In this document: positions 55,103 to 64,000 of the stretch, one piece after another
How the letters are laid out: each line of letters starts with the position of its first letter
Position numbering within the stretch: position 1 is the stretch's first letter
DNA from: an uncultured Chitinophaga sp.
GTDB taxonomy: Bacteria > Bacteroidota > Bacteroidia > Chitinophagales > Chitinophagaceae
NCBI GenBank assembly: GCA_964596345.1
Contig: CAZQSZ010000001.1
Location: 752,696 to 816,695 of the forward strand
DNA: 64,000 nucleotides
Direction of reading: 5' to 3'
Translations under genes and position numbers: made by a program
Notes under the pieces: generated by a model
Database searches by the model: none
The model's input: the letters and a program-made list of their open reading frames with translations, nothing else
What the model was told of the DNA's origin: nothing

Positions 55103-55103
55103 T

Positions 55104-57011
55104 ATGCAGAACGCTTTACAAATAGTTTACCTGATTCCGCTGTTGCCACTGATTGGTTTTTTGATCAACGGGCTCGGAAGAAAACATTTATCCAAATCAC
55201 TCATCGGGCTGATTGGAAGCGGTGTTATCCTTGCTTCTTTTGCACTGAGTATCTGGGTGTTTTTGCAGGTGAAAGGAGGTAATACGCATATCGCTAACTA
55301 TTTCAATTTTATTAAAGTCGGCGATCTTGCCATTCCGTTTGCTTTCCAGATCGATCAACTGTCTTCTATTTTCTTACTGATCATTACAGGTGTTGGTTTT
55401 CTCATCCATGTGTATTCCACTTCCTATATGCATGAAGAAAAGACGGAACACTACGGAAGATATTTCGCTTACCTGAACCTGTTCGTTTTCTCGATGCTGC
55501 TGCTGGTTATGGGTGCCAACTATGTCATTCTCTTCATCGGTTGGGAAGGGGTAGGCCTCTGTTCCTATTTGCTCATCGGATATTGGTTTAAAAAACCGGA
55601 GTATAATAAAGCAGCCAACAAGGCTTTTATCATGAACCGCATTGGTGATCTTGCTTTTTTGATCGCTATTTTCTGGATGATTGCCAAAGTGGGGAATGTG
55701 AATTTTAATGACGTATTTGTTTTTGCGGAAGCCAATAAAGGCACCCCTAAATTCACTTATACTGACATTACAGTTATAACCTTACTGCTTTTTGTAGGAG
55801 CTACCGGTAAAAGTGCTCAGATACCTCTCTATACCTGGCTGCCGGATGCCATGGCAGGGCCAACCCCTGTCTCTGCCCTGATCCATGCGGCTACGATGGT
55901 AACGGCGGGCATCTACATGATCGCCAGGAGTAACATCTTATATTCCATGTCAGCGGTGACGATGAATGTGGTGGCGATAGTTGGATTAGCGACCGCTTTG
56001 TTAGCAGCAACAATAGCCCTGAAGCAAAATGATATTAAAAAAGTGCTGGCCTATTCAACGGTGAGCCAGTTAGGATTTATGTTCCTCGCATTGGGAACAG
56101 GTAATTATGTAGCGGCTGTTTTTCATGTGATGACACATGCTTTCTTTAAGGCTTTGTTATTCCTGGGCAGTGGTAGTGTGATCCATGCAATGGGTGGCGA
56201 ACAGGATATTCGTAACATGGGCGGGCTGAGTAAAAAACTGACGATCACTTATCTCACTTTCCTTATTGGTTGTATTGCTATTTCAGGCATACCTCCGTTC
56301 AGTGGGTTCTTTTCAAAAGATGCGATCCTGCTGAGTGCCTTCGAACATAATAAGCTATTATACGGCATTGCATTATTCACCGCCATGCTGACCGCCTTTT
56401 ATATGTTCCGGTTATTGATCATCACCTTCAGTGGGAAATTCAGGGGCACACAGGAGCAGGAACATCATTTGCATGAAAGCCCGTCTGCTATGACCATCCC
56501 ATTGATCATTCTCGCTGTACTTTCAATCGTGGGTGGTTTTGTTGGAGTGCCGGAAGCATTGATGCACGGAGGTGACAGACTGGGTGAATTCCTGGCGCCT
56601 GTTATTGCACCGGCAAAACATACGAACCCGGTTTCTCATAATACTGAATATGGCCTGATGGCCTTGTCAACTGTTGCGGTGTTGTTCATGATTGTTTTTG
56701 CCTGGATGAAATTCCGCAATTACCAGCGTAAAGAAGCAACAGGTTTTGGAAAAGTGCTGGAGAATAAATGGTATGTGGATGAGTTGTATGATAAAATAAT
56801 TGTAAACCCGCTGCACAAGTTTGGAGGATTCCTGAAATCCGTGATCGAGAGATCGGTGATTGATGGGTTGGTGAATGGAGTGGGTAAAGTAATACATTAT
56901 GGAGGCCGCCAGCTTCGGTTGCTGCAGAGCGGCCAGGCAGGCAGTTATGTATTGCTGATGGTACTGAGTATGCTGTTGGTTTTTGTTGTGCAATTCTTTT
57001 TGAGAAAATAA
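55104..57011 (+). CDS. nuoL: NADH-quinone oxidoreductase subunit L
   Basis: 635 aa, antiporter-like. Contains WEGVGLCSYLLIGYW. Confidence 0.95.
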   Translation: MQNALQIVYLIPLLPLIGFLINGLGRKHLSKSLIGLIGSGVILASFALSIWVFLQVKGGNTHIANYFNFIKVGDLAIPFAFQIDQLSSIFLLIITGVGFLIHVYSTSYMHEEKTEHYGRYFAYLNLFVFSMLLLVMGANYVILFIGWEGVGLCSYLLIGYWFKKPEYNKAANKAFIMNRIGDLAFLIAIFWMIAKVGNVNFNDVFVFAEANKGTPKFTYTDITVITLLLFVGATGKSAQIPLYTWLPDAMAGPTPVSALIHAATMVTAGIYMIARSNILYSMSAVTMNVVAIVGLATALLAATIALKQNDIKKVLAYSTVSQLGFMFLALGTGNYVAAVFHVMTHAFFKALLFLGSGSVIHAMGGEQDIRNMGGLSKKLTITYLTFLIGCIAISGIPPFSGFFSKDAILLSAFEHNKLLYGIALFTAMLTAFYMFRLLIITFSGKFRGTQEQEHHLHESPSAMTIPLIILAVLSIVGGFVGVPEALMHGGDRLGEFLAPVIAPAKHTNPVSHNTEYGLMALSTVAVLFMIVFAWMKFRNYQRKEATGFGKVLENKWYVDELYDKIIVNPLHKFGGFLKSVIERSVIDGLVNGVGKVIHYGGRQLRLLQSGQAGSYVLLMVLSMLLVFVVQFFLRK

Positions 57012-57030
57012 CTGGATTTAGAAAATTAAT

Positions 57031-58512
57031 ATGATCCCTGTTTTACTGATACTGCTTCCTTTACTGACCGGCCTGGTAACATTCTTTATAAAAGATGAAA
57101 GGACGGCCCGTTCCTGGGCATTACTGGCTTCAATAGCCACACTTGCCGTGTCCTTACTTGGCCTGACGGTGATGAATGATGCTACCCACCTTGCCCACCA
57201 AGCACAATGGTTACAGACAATCGGCAGCAGTTTCTCAGTTAAAGTGGATGGAATGGGCCAGTTGCTTTGCTTACTGACCGCTATTTCTTTCCCACTGATT
57301 TTTGTAAGCACCTGGCACAGTAACTATAAAAAGGCAAATAACTTTTTTGCACTCATGTTGCTCGGGCAGGCAGGATTGATGGGAGTCTTTGTGGCCATGG
57401 ATGCTTTACTATTCTATTTCTTCTGGGAACTGGCACTGATACCGATGTATTTTCTCGCTTCTCAATGGGGTGGCGAAAAAAGGATCAAAGCAACGTTCAA
57501 ATTCTTTATCTATACGTTTGTCGGATCGGTATTGATGCTGGTTGGTATCTTATACCTGCAGTCTCAAACACCCGATCATTCGTTTGCCTTGCAATCATTT
57601 TATAATCTCAATTTGCCAAAAGGGACACAGAACTGGGTGTTCTGGTTATTCTTTGTTGCTTTTGCAATCAAAATGCCCGTCTGGCCTTTCCATACCTGGC
57701 AGCCGGATGCGTATGAACAATCTCCTACAGCTACCACGATGGTGCTGAGTGGGATCATGGTGAAAATGGGTTTACTGGGGGTGATCCGCTGGTTAATACC
57801 TGTATTGCCGATTGCATCTTACCAAAACGGGGATATGGTGATGTCTATGGCAGTGATCGGTATCGTATATGCTTCACTCATTGCTATCCGTTCTGATGAT
57901 ATCAAACGGCTGATCGCTTATTCATCCATAGCACATATCGGCCTGATGTGTATGGCGCTTTTTGCAGAAAACAAAAGCGGTGTGCAGGGAGTGATGATAC
58001 AAATGTTCAATCACGGTATCAATATCATTGGTTTATGGATCATGGTGGAAGTGATTGAACGGCAGTATGGCACCCGTAAATTATCTGAACTGGGAGGTCT
58101 GGCACAAAAGGCACCGGTGATGGCTATCTTTTTTGTGATCGTGGCCCTGGCCAATATCGCCTTACCGCTCACCAATGCATTCGCAGGTGAATTCCTGATG
58201 TTTAATAGTTTGCTGTCTGCCAAAACATCTTATCTCTACGCTATTCTTTTTACCGTTTTTGCCGGGTTGGGTATTATCCTGGCCGCGGTATATACGCTGA
58301 ATATGATCCGCAAAATATTTTTCGGCGAACTGACGGCGGTAACAGCTAATGCACAGGATTTGAAACTGAATGAGAAACTGGTGATGGGTATCATTGTGAT
58401 CCTGGTATTCTGGTTCGGAGTGTACCCGCAGGCATTGTTGAATATTACAGATGAATTGTCACAGGTACTGGTCAATAAAATGGAGATTAGTCATTTATTA
58501 CGCAAGCAATAA
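57031..58512 (+). CDS. nuoM: NADH-quinone oxidoreductase subunit M
   Basis: 493 aa, antiporter-like. Contains FFWELALIPMYFL and HTWQPDAY. Confidence 0.95.
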   Translation: MIPVLLILLPLLTGLVTFFIKDERTARSWALLASIATLAVSLLGLTVMNDATHLAHQAQWLQTIGSSFSVKVDGMGQLLCLLTAISFPLIFVSTWHSNYKKANNFFALMLLGQAGLMGVFVAMDALLFYFFWELALIPMYFLASQWGGEKRIKATFKFFIYTFVGSVLMLVGILYLQSQTPDHSFALQSFYNLNLPKGTQNWVFWLFFVAFAIKMPVWPFHTWQPDAYEQSPTATTMVLSGIMVKMGLLGVIRWLIPVLPIASYQNGDMVMSMAVIGIVYASLIAIRSDDIKRLIAYSSIAHIGLMCMALFAENKSGVQGVMIQMFNHGINIIGLWIMVEVIERQYGTRKLSELGGLAQKAPVMAIFFVIVALANIALPLTNAFAGEFLMFNSLLSAKTSYLYAILFTVFAGLGIILAAVYTLNMIRKIFFGELTAVTANAQDLKLNEKLVMGIIVILVFWFGVYPQALLNITDELSQVLVNKMEISHLLRKQ

Positions 58513-58524
58513 GTAAGAGGTTGT

Positions 58525-59898
58525 ATGAACGCATTAATTCTTTCGGCTGTTTTGGGTGTTGTTATGATGTTCAGTGGTATACTGCTGAAACAGAAGAGTG
58601 CTATCCGCAGCCTTGCCATTGCAGGGATATTGCTGTTGCTGGTAAGTAATATACTGGAAACCTACGGCACTGTTTTCTTTAAGGTCAATGTTGAAGGGCT
58701 GATATATTACGACCGGTTTGCCCTTTTCTTCAATACGATTGTATTTATATCCACTTTGCTTTATTTAGTACTGACAGCAAGGGATATGGAAAAAGTGGGG
58801 GTGAACTATGCGGAGTACTTTGCACTGATCTTCTTTATACTTTGTGGTATTACACTGACTTCTTCCTTCAAATCGTTACTGATATTATTTCTTGGGATTG
58901 AGATCATTTCAATTCCGCTTTATATTCTTACCGGTACAGATAAGAGAAACCTGAAGAGCAATGAAGCTTCCCTGAAATATTTATTACTCGGGGCTTTTTC
59001 AACCGGGTTGATGCTGATGGGTATTGCACTGATCTATGGAGCAAGAGGAACCTTCAGTACAGAAGGAGCAAACCTGGTGGCGGATAAACCCTCTGCGTTG
59101 CTCGTGGCGGGTATGATCCTGTTATTGTTTTCCATGTCGTTTAAAGCTTCCGCTGCACCATTCCATTTCTGGACACCGGATGTGTATGACGGGGCCCCCA
59201 CCGTATTTACTTCTTTCATGGCAACGATTGTAAAAGCGGCTGTATTCATCGCATTTATCCGTTTGTTTGATGAGGTTTTTGGTACGCTGAGACCGCAATG
59301 GCAATTATGGATCGCAGTTATTACTGCAGCCACTTTATTTATAGGTAATATCACTGCTGTTTTCCAGCAAAGTGTGAAGAGAATGCTGGCTTATTCGAGC
59401 ATTGCACAGGCCGGGTTTATGCTATTGTCGCTGTATGCCATGAATACGGACGCCAAAGAAGGTATTTTGCTTTATGTAACTGCCTATAGTTTTGCTACCA
59501 TTGGCATTTTTGCGGTGCTGGCTAAAATGAATGACTACACGTTTGACGGATTCAATGGCCTGGCCCAAAAAGATCCGCTGGTGGCGGGTTCACTTACTGT
59601 TTTCTTATTATCCCTCGCCGGTATACCATTAACCGCCGGTTTCCTGGCTAAATTTTATATGCTGAAAGCAACCGTGGCTACTCCGCAGGGATTATGGCTG
59701 GCCATATTTGCCATCCTGATGGCCGCTGTCAGCGTTTACTATTATTTCCGGGTTATACAGGCCATGTATTTCAAAGAAGGAGATGCCAAAGCACCGGAAA
59801 CCACTCCTGCTTTCAGGTGGACCCTGGTCATTCTTGCAGCGTTAATCATACTGCTGGGTATCTTCCCTGACCTGCTGCTGCACTGGTTTTATTTTTAA
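58525..59898 (+). CDS. nuoN: NADH-quinone oxidoreductase subunit N
   Basis: 457 aa. Contains FKASAAPFHFWTPDVYDGAP. Confidence 0.95.
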   Translation: MNALILSAVLGVVMMFSGILLKQKSAIRSLAIAGILLLLVSNILETYGTVFFKVNVEGLIYYDRFALFFNTIVFISTLLYLVLTARDMEKVGVNYAEYFALIFFILCGITLTSSFKSLLILFLGIEIISIPLYILTGTDKRNLKSNEASLKYLLLGAFSTGLMLMGIALIYGARGTFSTEGANLVADKPSALLVAGMILLLFSMSFKASAAPFHFWTPDVYDGAPTVFTSFMATIVKAAVFIAFIRLFDEVFGTLRPQWQLWIAVITAATLFIGNITAVFQQSVKRMLAYSSIAQAGFMLLSLYAMNTDAKEGILLYVTAYSFATIGIFAVLAKMNDYTFDGFNGLAQKDPLVAGSLTVFLLSLAGIPLTAGFLAKFYMLKATVATPQGLWLAIFAILMAAVSVYYYFRVIQAMYFKEGDAKAPETTPAFRWTLVILAALIILLGIFPDLLLHWFYF

Positions 59899-59930
59899 TC
59901 TGCCGTTCATACCGGATCACATTTTTATCA

Positions 59931-59955
59931 GGCTTCTTTGTTTACCTTAGAAGCC
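59931..59955 (+). terminator. Hairpin after nuoN
   Basis: GGCTTCT-11 nt-AGAAGCC, a perfect 7-bp stem with no T-run. Confidence 0.3.
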
Positions 59956-59965
59956 AATTCCAGGT

Positions 59966-61243
59966 ATGAATTTTCGTGATGTCCTTTCGCTGGCTTTCCG
60001 TACTGTCCGGGGTAATAAACTAAGGACAGGATTAACTGTTGCCATCATCGCATTTGGTATAATGGCGCTGGTCGGTATCATTACGGCTATAAAAGCCATG
60101 AACCAGAAATTCACGGAAAGTTTCTCTACCATGGGAGCCAATGCGTTTACTATCCGTTTCAAAGAAAGGAATATCCGTTTCGGTGGTGGTGGCAATTCAG
60201 ATGTCAAACTCTCCAAAAAAGGAAGCCGTAAAGAAAAAAAATCCAACCTGGATAAGAAGATCACCCTGGATGAAGCGGAGTTGTTTGTGAACCGGTTCGG
60301 GTTTCCTGCTACTAAAAGCATTTCCGTTTTTGGCAACCGGAGCAATATTGTTTCGCATGAAGCCCGGAAAACAAGCCCGAATGTGACGATGTTTGGAGGT
60401 GATGATAATTATCTTTTGTTGAATGGGTTCTCCCTTGCCTTTGGCCGGAACCTGAACAGGATGGATGTGCAGACGGGAAGAAATGTATGTATACTCGGGT
60501 ATGATGTGGCCAGTAAACTATTCAAGGAAGGTATTGAGAGGGCGGAAAATGCAGTCGTCAGGTTAAATAATATTCCTTACCGGGTCATTGGTGTATTAGA
60601 GAGCAGAGGCTCCACTTTTGGTTTCAGCAGGGATAATGTGGTGATAACAACCTACAAGAATTCCGACCGGAATTTCCCCTCTGGTTTTTCTTTTGTGATC
60701 GCCGTGATGACCGAAGATATCCTGAAAGTGCCGGCGGCCATGGGTGAAGCAGAAGGCACCTTCAGGGCTATCCGTAAACTAAATACCACGGAGGAGAATA
60801 ATTTTGTACTGGACCGCAGCGATAGTGTGGCTGAAAAGGCAATGAACAGTCTTGGTTTTTTGACCATATCGGCAACAGTGATCGGTTTTATAACCTTAAT
60901 AGGAGCTGCCATCGGTCTGATGAATATCATGCTGGTCTCCGTATCCGAACGAACGAAGGAGGTGGGTTTGATCAAGGCGATTGGGGGAAAGAGTAAAATG
61001 GTAAGACGCCAGTTCCTGCTGGAGGCAATTATTATCAGTTTATTGGGTGCTTTTTTTGGTATTATACTGGGTATTATGGTCGGCAACCTCTTTTCTAAAG
61101 TATTGAATACGGGATTTGTAGTGCCCTGGAACTGGGTTTTGTACGGCATCGTTATCTGCACACTGGTGGGTTTAGCTGCGGGATTATACCCGGCCTGGAA
61201 GGCTGGAAAACTGAACCCGATCGATGCTTTACGTTATGAATAA
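59966..61243 (+). CDS. MacB/FtsX-like ABC transporter permease (no adjacent ATPase)
   Basis: 425 aa. The N-terminus MNFRDVLSLAFRTVRGNKLRTGLTV is typical of MacB-type permeases. Has a periplasmic domain, a C-terminal FtsX TM bundle, and ends ...PIDALRYE. Confidence 0.8.
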   Translation: MNFRDVLSLAFRTVRGNKLRTGLTVAIIAFGIMALVGIITAIKAMNQKFTESFSTMGANAFTIRFKERNIRFGGGGNSDVKLSKKGSRKEKKSNLDKKITLDEAELFVNRFGFPATKSISVFGNRSNIVSHEARKTSPNVTMFGGDDNYLLLNGFSLAFGRNLNRMDVQTGRNVCILGYDVASKLFKEGIERAENAVVRLNNIPYRVIGVLESRGSTFGFSRDNVVITTYKNSDRNFPSGFSFVIAVMTEDILKVPAAMGEAEGTFRAIRKLNTTEENNFVLDRSDSVAEKAMNSLGFLTISATVIGFITLIGAAIGLMNIMLVSVSERTKEVGLIKAIGGKSKMVRRQFLLEAIIISLLGAFFGIILGIMVGNLFSKVLNTGFVVPWNWVLYGIVICTLVGLAAGLYPAWKAGKLNPIDALRYE

Positions 61244-61466
61244 GCATGCAGCAGAATTGACCGGGATTCAGTCTTCTTTCATCTCCGATAAATTTGTTAT
61301 CAAATTATTTTGCAGGGAGTTGCAGCATATGAAAAAATCCTTAACTTGAAGCCCTTTCGCAGAAAAACTGCGGAAGTTAGATTTTTGTATAAACTTTTTT
61401 GTTAGCATTGTAATTCCTAATTCTGGATTAGTATTTAACTTTTAAAAAAACTAAAAAATTAAGATC

Positions 61467-62321
61467 ATGGCAGAGACTAAACCAACTGCATCCGTTAAGG
61501 CTACTTCGGTTCAACCTAAAAAAAGCAGTAACATTATCTCATGGATCGCTCCGATTGTTTGTATTATTGCGGGTTACGCAATATGGCGTTTTATCATGGG
61601 TAATCCCGACGGGTTCAAGGAACCAGATTTAGCTGGTGGTTTCTGGCCCAAGCATCATAAACCTATTGGTGCATTGAATGGTATTTATGAAGGAGGTATC
61701 ATCGTTCCGTTGCTTGTTGCTATGTTCCTGATGGTACTCGTATTTTCTATTGAGCGTTTCCTGACTATTCAAAAAGCATTAGGCAGTGGCTCTATTTCTG
61801 ATTTTATCCGTAAAGTACAGTACCACCTGGCCAACCGCAATGTGGACGCTGCATTATCTGAGTGTGATAAACAAAGAGGATCTGTTGGTAATGTAATGAA
61901 GGCTGGTTTGCGCCGTTACAAAGAAATGATCAATGAAGGCGGCCTGGATACAGAGCAAAAAGTAATGTCTATCCAGAAAGAAGTGGAAGAAGCCACAGCA
62001 CTGGAGCTCCCGATGTTGCAAAAGAACCTGGTATTCCTTTCCACCATTACTTCAGTAGGTACATTGGTGGCCCTGTTGGGTACTGTATTAGGTATGATCC
62101 GTTCTTTCGCTGCGCTTGGAGCTGAAGGCGGCGGAAGTAACACTAATGATCTGGCTGTGGGTATCTCCGAAGCCTTGTATAACACGGCATTAGGTATCGG
62201 TACTTCAGCAATAGCCCTGATCATGTATAACATTTTTACTACCAAGATCGACTCCATCACATACGGTATTGATGAATCAGGTTTCACATTGACACAAAGC
62301 TTTGCTTCTCTTTACAAATAA
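61467..62321 (+). CDS. exbB: MotA/TolQ/ExbB proton-channel protein
   Basis: 284 aa. The C-terminal TM pair carries GTVLGMIRSF...ISEALYNTALGI. Confidence 0.85.
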   Translation: MAETKPTASVKATSVQPKKSSNIISWIAPIVCIIAGYAIWRFIMGNPDGFKEPDLAGGFWPKHHKPIGALNGIYEGGIIVPLLVAMFLMVLVFSIERFLTIQKALGSGSISDFIRKVQYHLANRNVDAALSECDKQRGSVGNVMKAGLRRYKEMINEGGLDTEQKVMSIQKEVEEATALELPMLQKNLVFLSTITSVGTLVALLGTVLGMIRSFAALGAEGGGSNTNDLAVGISEALYNTALGIGTSAIALIMYNIFTTKIDSITYGIDESGFTLTQSFASLYK

Positions 62322-62379
62322 GAGTGAATAGCTTGTGGATTTTCAGAAACTATTCATCTAATATTAAATTGAGTAAGAT

Positions 62380-63033
62380 ATGCCCAGTGTTAAAATGCCA
62401 AGAAAAAGTACGGATACGGATATGACTCCCTTCGTGGATATCGCCTTCCTGATCCTGTCCTTTTTCATCATGGCAACCAAATTTAAACCGGCGGAGCCTG
62501 TAAAAGTCGAGACGCCGAATTCAGTTTCTTCCCAGATATTAGAAGAAAATAATGCACTGCTGATTTCTATTTCCAACGATAGTAAGGTGTATGTTACCAT
62601 TTCAACACCGAACGATAAGACGGGAAGTAAATTAAGGGACGTCGTAGAAGGGATCAATACATCCCGCAACCTTAATTTGACGGAAAAACAAAAGGCCAGT
62701 TTTAAAACTGCACCGATCATCGGTGTTCCTTTTGCCAGTCTCGGTGGGTACCTGAACCTTTCAAAAGATGACCAGGAAAAATTCAAAGCTCCCGGTATCC
62801 CTGTATTAGATACATTGAATAATGAACTGATATGGTGGGTGGCTGAGACCAAGAAAGCCTTCGCCGGGGAGAAGCTGATCTATTTGATCAAGGGAGATAA
62901 TAATTCGAAGTATCCCACTTTTGAAGCAGTGATCAATGCATTACGGAAAAATGATGAGTTCAAATACAACCTCATTACTTCCCGTGAAGAAGCACCGGCA
63001 GGAACTGAATTGTATAAAGAGCGTCTTAAGTAA
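62380..63033 (+). CDS. exbD: ExbD/TolR-family biopolymer transport protein
   Basis: N-terminus ...DMTPFVDIAFLILSFFIM (TolR/ExbD TM with conserved Asp). 217 aa. Confidence 0.8.
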   Translation: MPSVKMPRKSTDTDMTPFVDIAFLILSFFIMATKFKPAEPVKVETPNSVSSQILEENNALLISISNDSKVYVTISTPNDKTGSKLRDVVEGINTSRNLNLTEKQKASFKTAPIIGVPFASLGGYLNLSKDDQEKFKAPGIPVLDTLNNELIWWVAETKKAFAGEKLIYLIKGDNNSKYPTFEAVINALRKNDEFKYNLITSREEAPAGTELYKERLK

Positions 63034-63066
63034 AAGGATATTTAATAATCCTAAAATTTAAAAATT

Positions 63067-63696
63067 ATGGCAAGTATAGATAGTGGTGGTGGCGATAGCG
63101 GCCACAAAAAAGGACCCGGTGTAAAGAAAGCCAAGAAGCTCTCTACCCGTGTGGACATGACACCGATGGTGGATCTGGGGTTCCTGCTGATCACTTTCTT
63201 CATTTTTACGGCCACATTAAGCTCTCCAACAACGATGGATCTTAATATGCCAAAAGAGTCAGACAAAAAGGAAGATGAGACCAAGATCAAACAATCAGGT
63301 GCCCTGACCATTATGCTGGGTAAGAATAACAATGTGTATTATTATGAAGGCGAACTTGCAGCTGATGGGTCTAATTTTAAACAGACTACATTCAAAGGCA
63401 TCCGGGATGAAATTATTAAGAAACGGCAGGATGTGATCAAAAATCACATTCATGACGATAAATGCCAGGAAATCCGGGATAAGGCAAAAACCAAGGCGAA
63501 AAGCGGCGACAACAGTTGGGAAAAGGCAGATCTTGACCGTGACTTTGTAGTTGTGATCAAACCAACAGAAGAAGCTACTTATAAAAATGCCGTTGATATC
63601 CTGGATGAAATGACCATCAATGCTGTAAAACGGTTTGCAGTGGTGAAAATATCAGAGTCAGAACTGGGGCTTGTTAAAGCAACTGAGGGTCAGTAA
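63067..63696 (+). CDS. exbD: ExbD/TolR-family biopolymer transport protein (second copy)
   Basis: Contains DMTPMVDLGFLLITFFIF. 209 aa. Confidence 0.8.
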   Translation: MASIDSGGGDSGHKKGPGVKKAKKLSTRVDMTPMVDLGFLLITFFIFTATLSSPTTMDLNMPKESDKKEDETKIKQSGALTIMLGKNNNVYYYEGELAADGSNFKQTTFKGIRDEIIKKRQDVIKNHIHDDKCQEIRDKAKTKAKSGDNSWEKADLDRDFVVVIKPTEEATYKNAVDILDEMTINAVKRFAVVKISESELGLVKATEGQ

Positions 63697-63762
63697 AGAA
63701 TTCCGGGTATTTTGTATGGAATGTATTTTGAACAGCATCTAATTCATTAAAACAAATAAAGT

Positions 63763-64000
63763 ATGGACGCAAATAAGATATTGTCCTCCAGTATTCTGGA
63801 CCTCATTTTTGAGGGCAGGAACAAGGAGTATGGGGCATATGAACTGCGTAAAACTTACAATAAAAGGATTACGTTAGCACTGATCATAACAGCCTCTATA
63901 GCGCTGCTGGCTTTGCTGGGATCCATATTGGCAAGTGAGCTGAAAAGCTCAAACAAAGAAGATATTGACATTAAGGAGGTTACTATCCAGGATCTCAAAC
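63763..64000 (+). CDS. tonB: Energy transducer TonB (paralogue 2), N-terminal 79 codons; runs off the window end
   Basis: Not in the ORF track. Manual translation gives MDANKILSSSILDLIFEGRNKEYGAYELRKTYNKRITLALIITASIALLA..., which shares the LDxxFExRNKxYGAYxLR motif with the TonB at 41936. Confidence 0.75.
   Translation, partial: MDANKILSSSILDLIFEGRNKEYGAYELRKTYNKRITLALIITASIALLALLGSILASELKSSNKEDIDIKEVTIQDLK

Noticed and set aside
1-64000. Scan for CRISPR arrays, tRNA/rRNA/tmRNA genes, transposases, integrases, phage or toxin-antitoxin/defence modules
   Set aside because: I saw no direct-repeat/spacer arrays, no cloverleaf-like or rRNA-like segments in the intergenic regions, and no ORF with recombinase, transposase or nuclease hallmarks. 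The window appears to be core chromosome.

Overview
This looks like a mostly housekeeping chromosomal segment of a Bacteroidota-type genome. The clues are a SusC/SusD pair, an ExbB-ExbD-ExbD-TonB module, TTG / TAnnTTTG promoter boxes, an S16 with a C-terminal extension and a short NuoG. I cannot assign a lower taxon without a database search. About 60 protein genes are supported. I recognised no rRNA, tRNA, CRISPR array, transposase, integrase or obvious defence island.

Gene content in order:
- dinB (partial), a Crp-like regulator, a DinB-fold protein and an orphan ORF.
- rimM-rpsP-ffh-rpoD on the minus strand.
- An LptF/G permease, then a lipoprotein-CDF-OsmC-Rrf2 operon.
- A 14.4-kb co-directional sulfur block (11476-25917): Prx, APS-type CysH, CysD, CysN, CobA, CysJ, CysI, a 5-aminolevulinate synthase homologue, HemC-HemD-like, HemB, a SirC::TauE/SafE fusion and MetZ.
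- Two pseudouridine synthases, an LTXXQ protein, rlmN and a thiolase.
- An orphan SusC/SusD pair, and a LolD/LolE-like ABC pair beside a large lipoprotein.
- hisS and a low-molecular-weight phosphatase.
- A TonB/PstS-like/TPR module.
- A complete nuoA-N operon with an extra NTF2-like gene between nuoE and nuoF.
- A MacB-like permease, then exbB-exbD-exbD-tonB (truncated at the window edge).

The best candidate for something new is the sulfur block. It appears to carry its own glycine-to-siroheme (Shemin-type) tetrapyrrole branch. It also contains an unusual fusion of a siroheme-forming domain to a TSUP-family permease.

Secondary signals are small non-coding elements:
- A 22-nt element repeated in two unrelated intercistronic gaps.
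- Phase-locked AGC/AGT heptad arrays.
- Paired hairpins in the cysD-cysN gap.
- A likely internal promoter splitting the nuo operon.

All functional calls come from reading motifs in the supplied translations. No BLAST, HMM or folding calculation was possible, so every novelty statement is a hypothesis.
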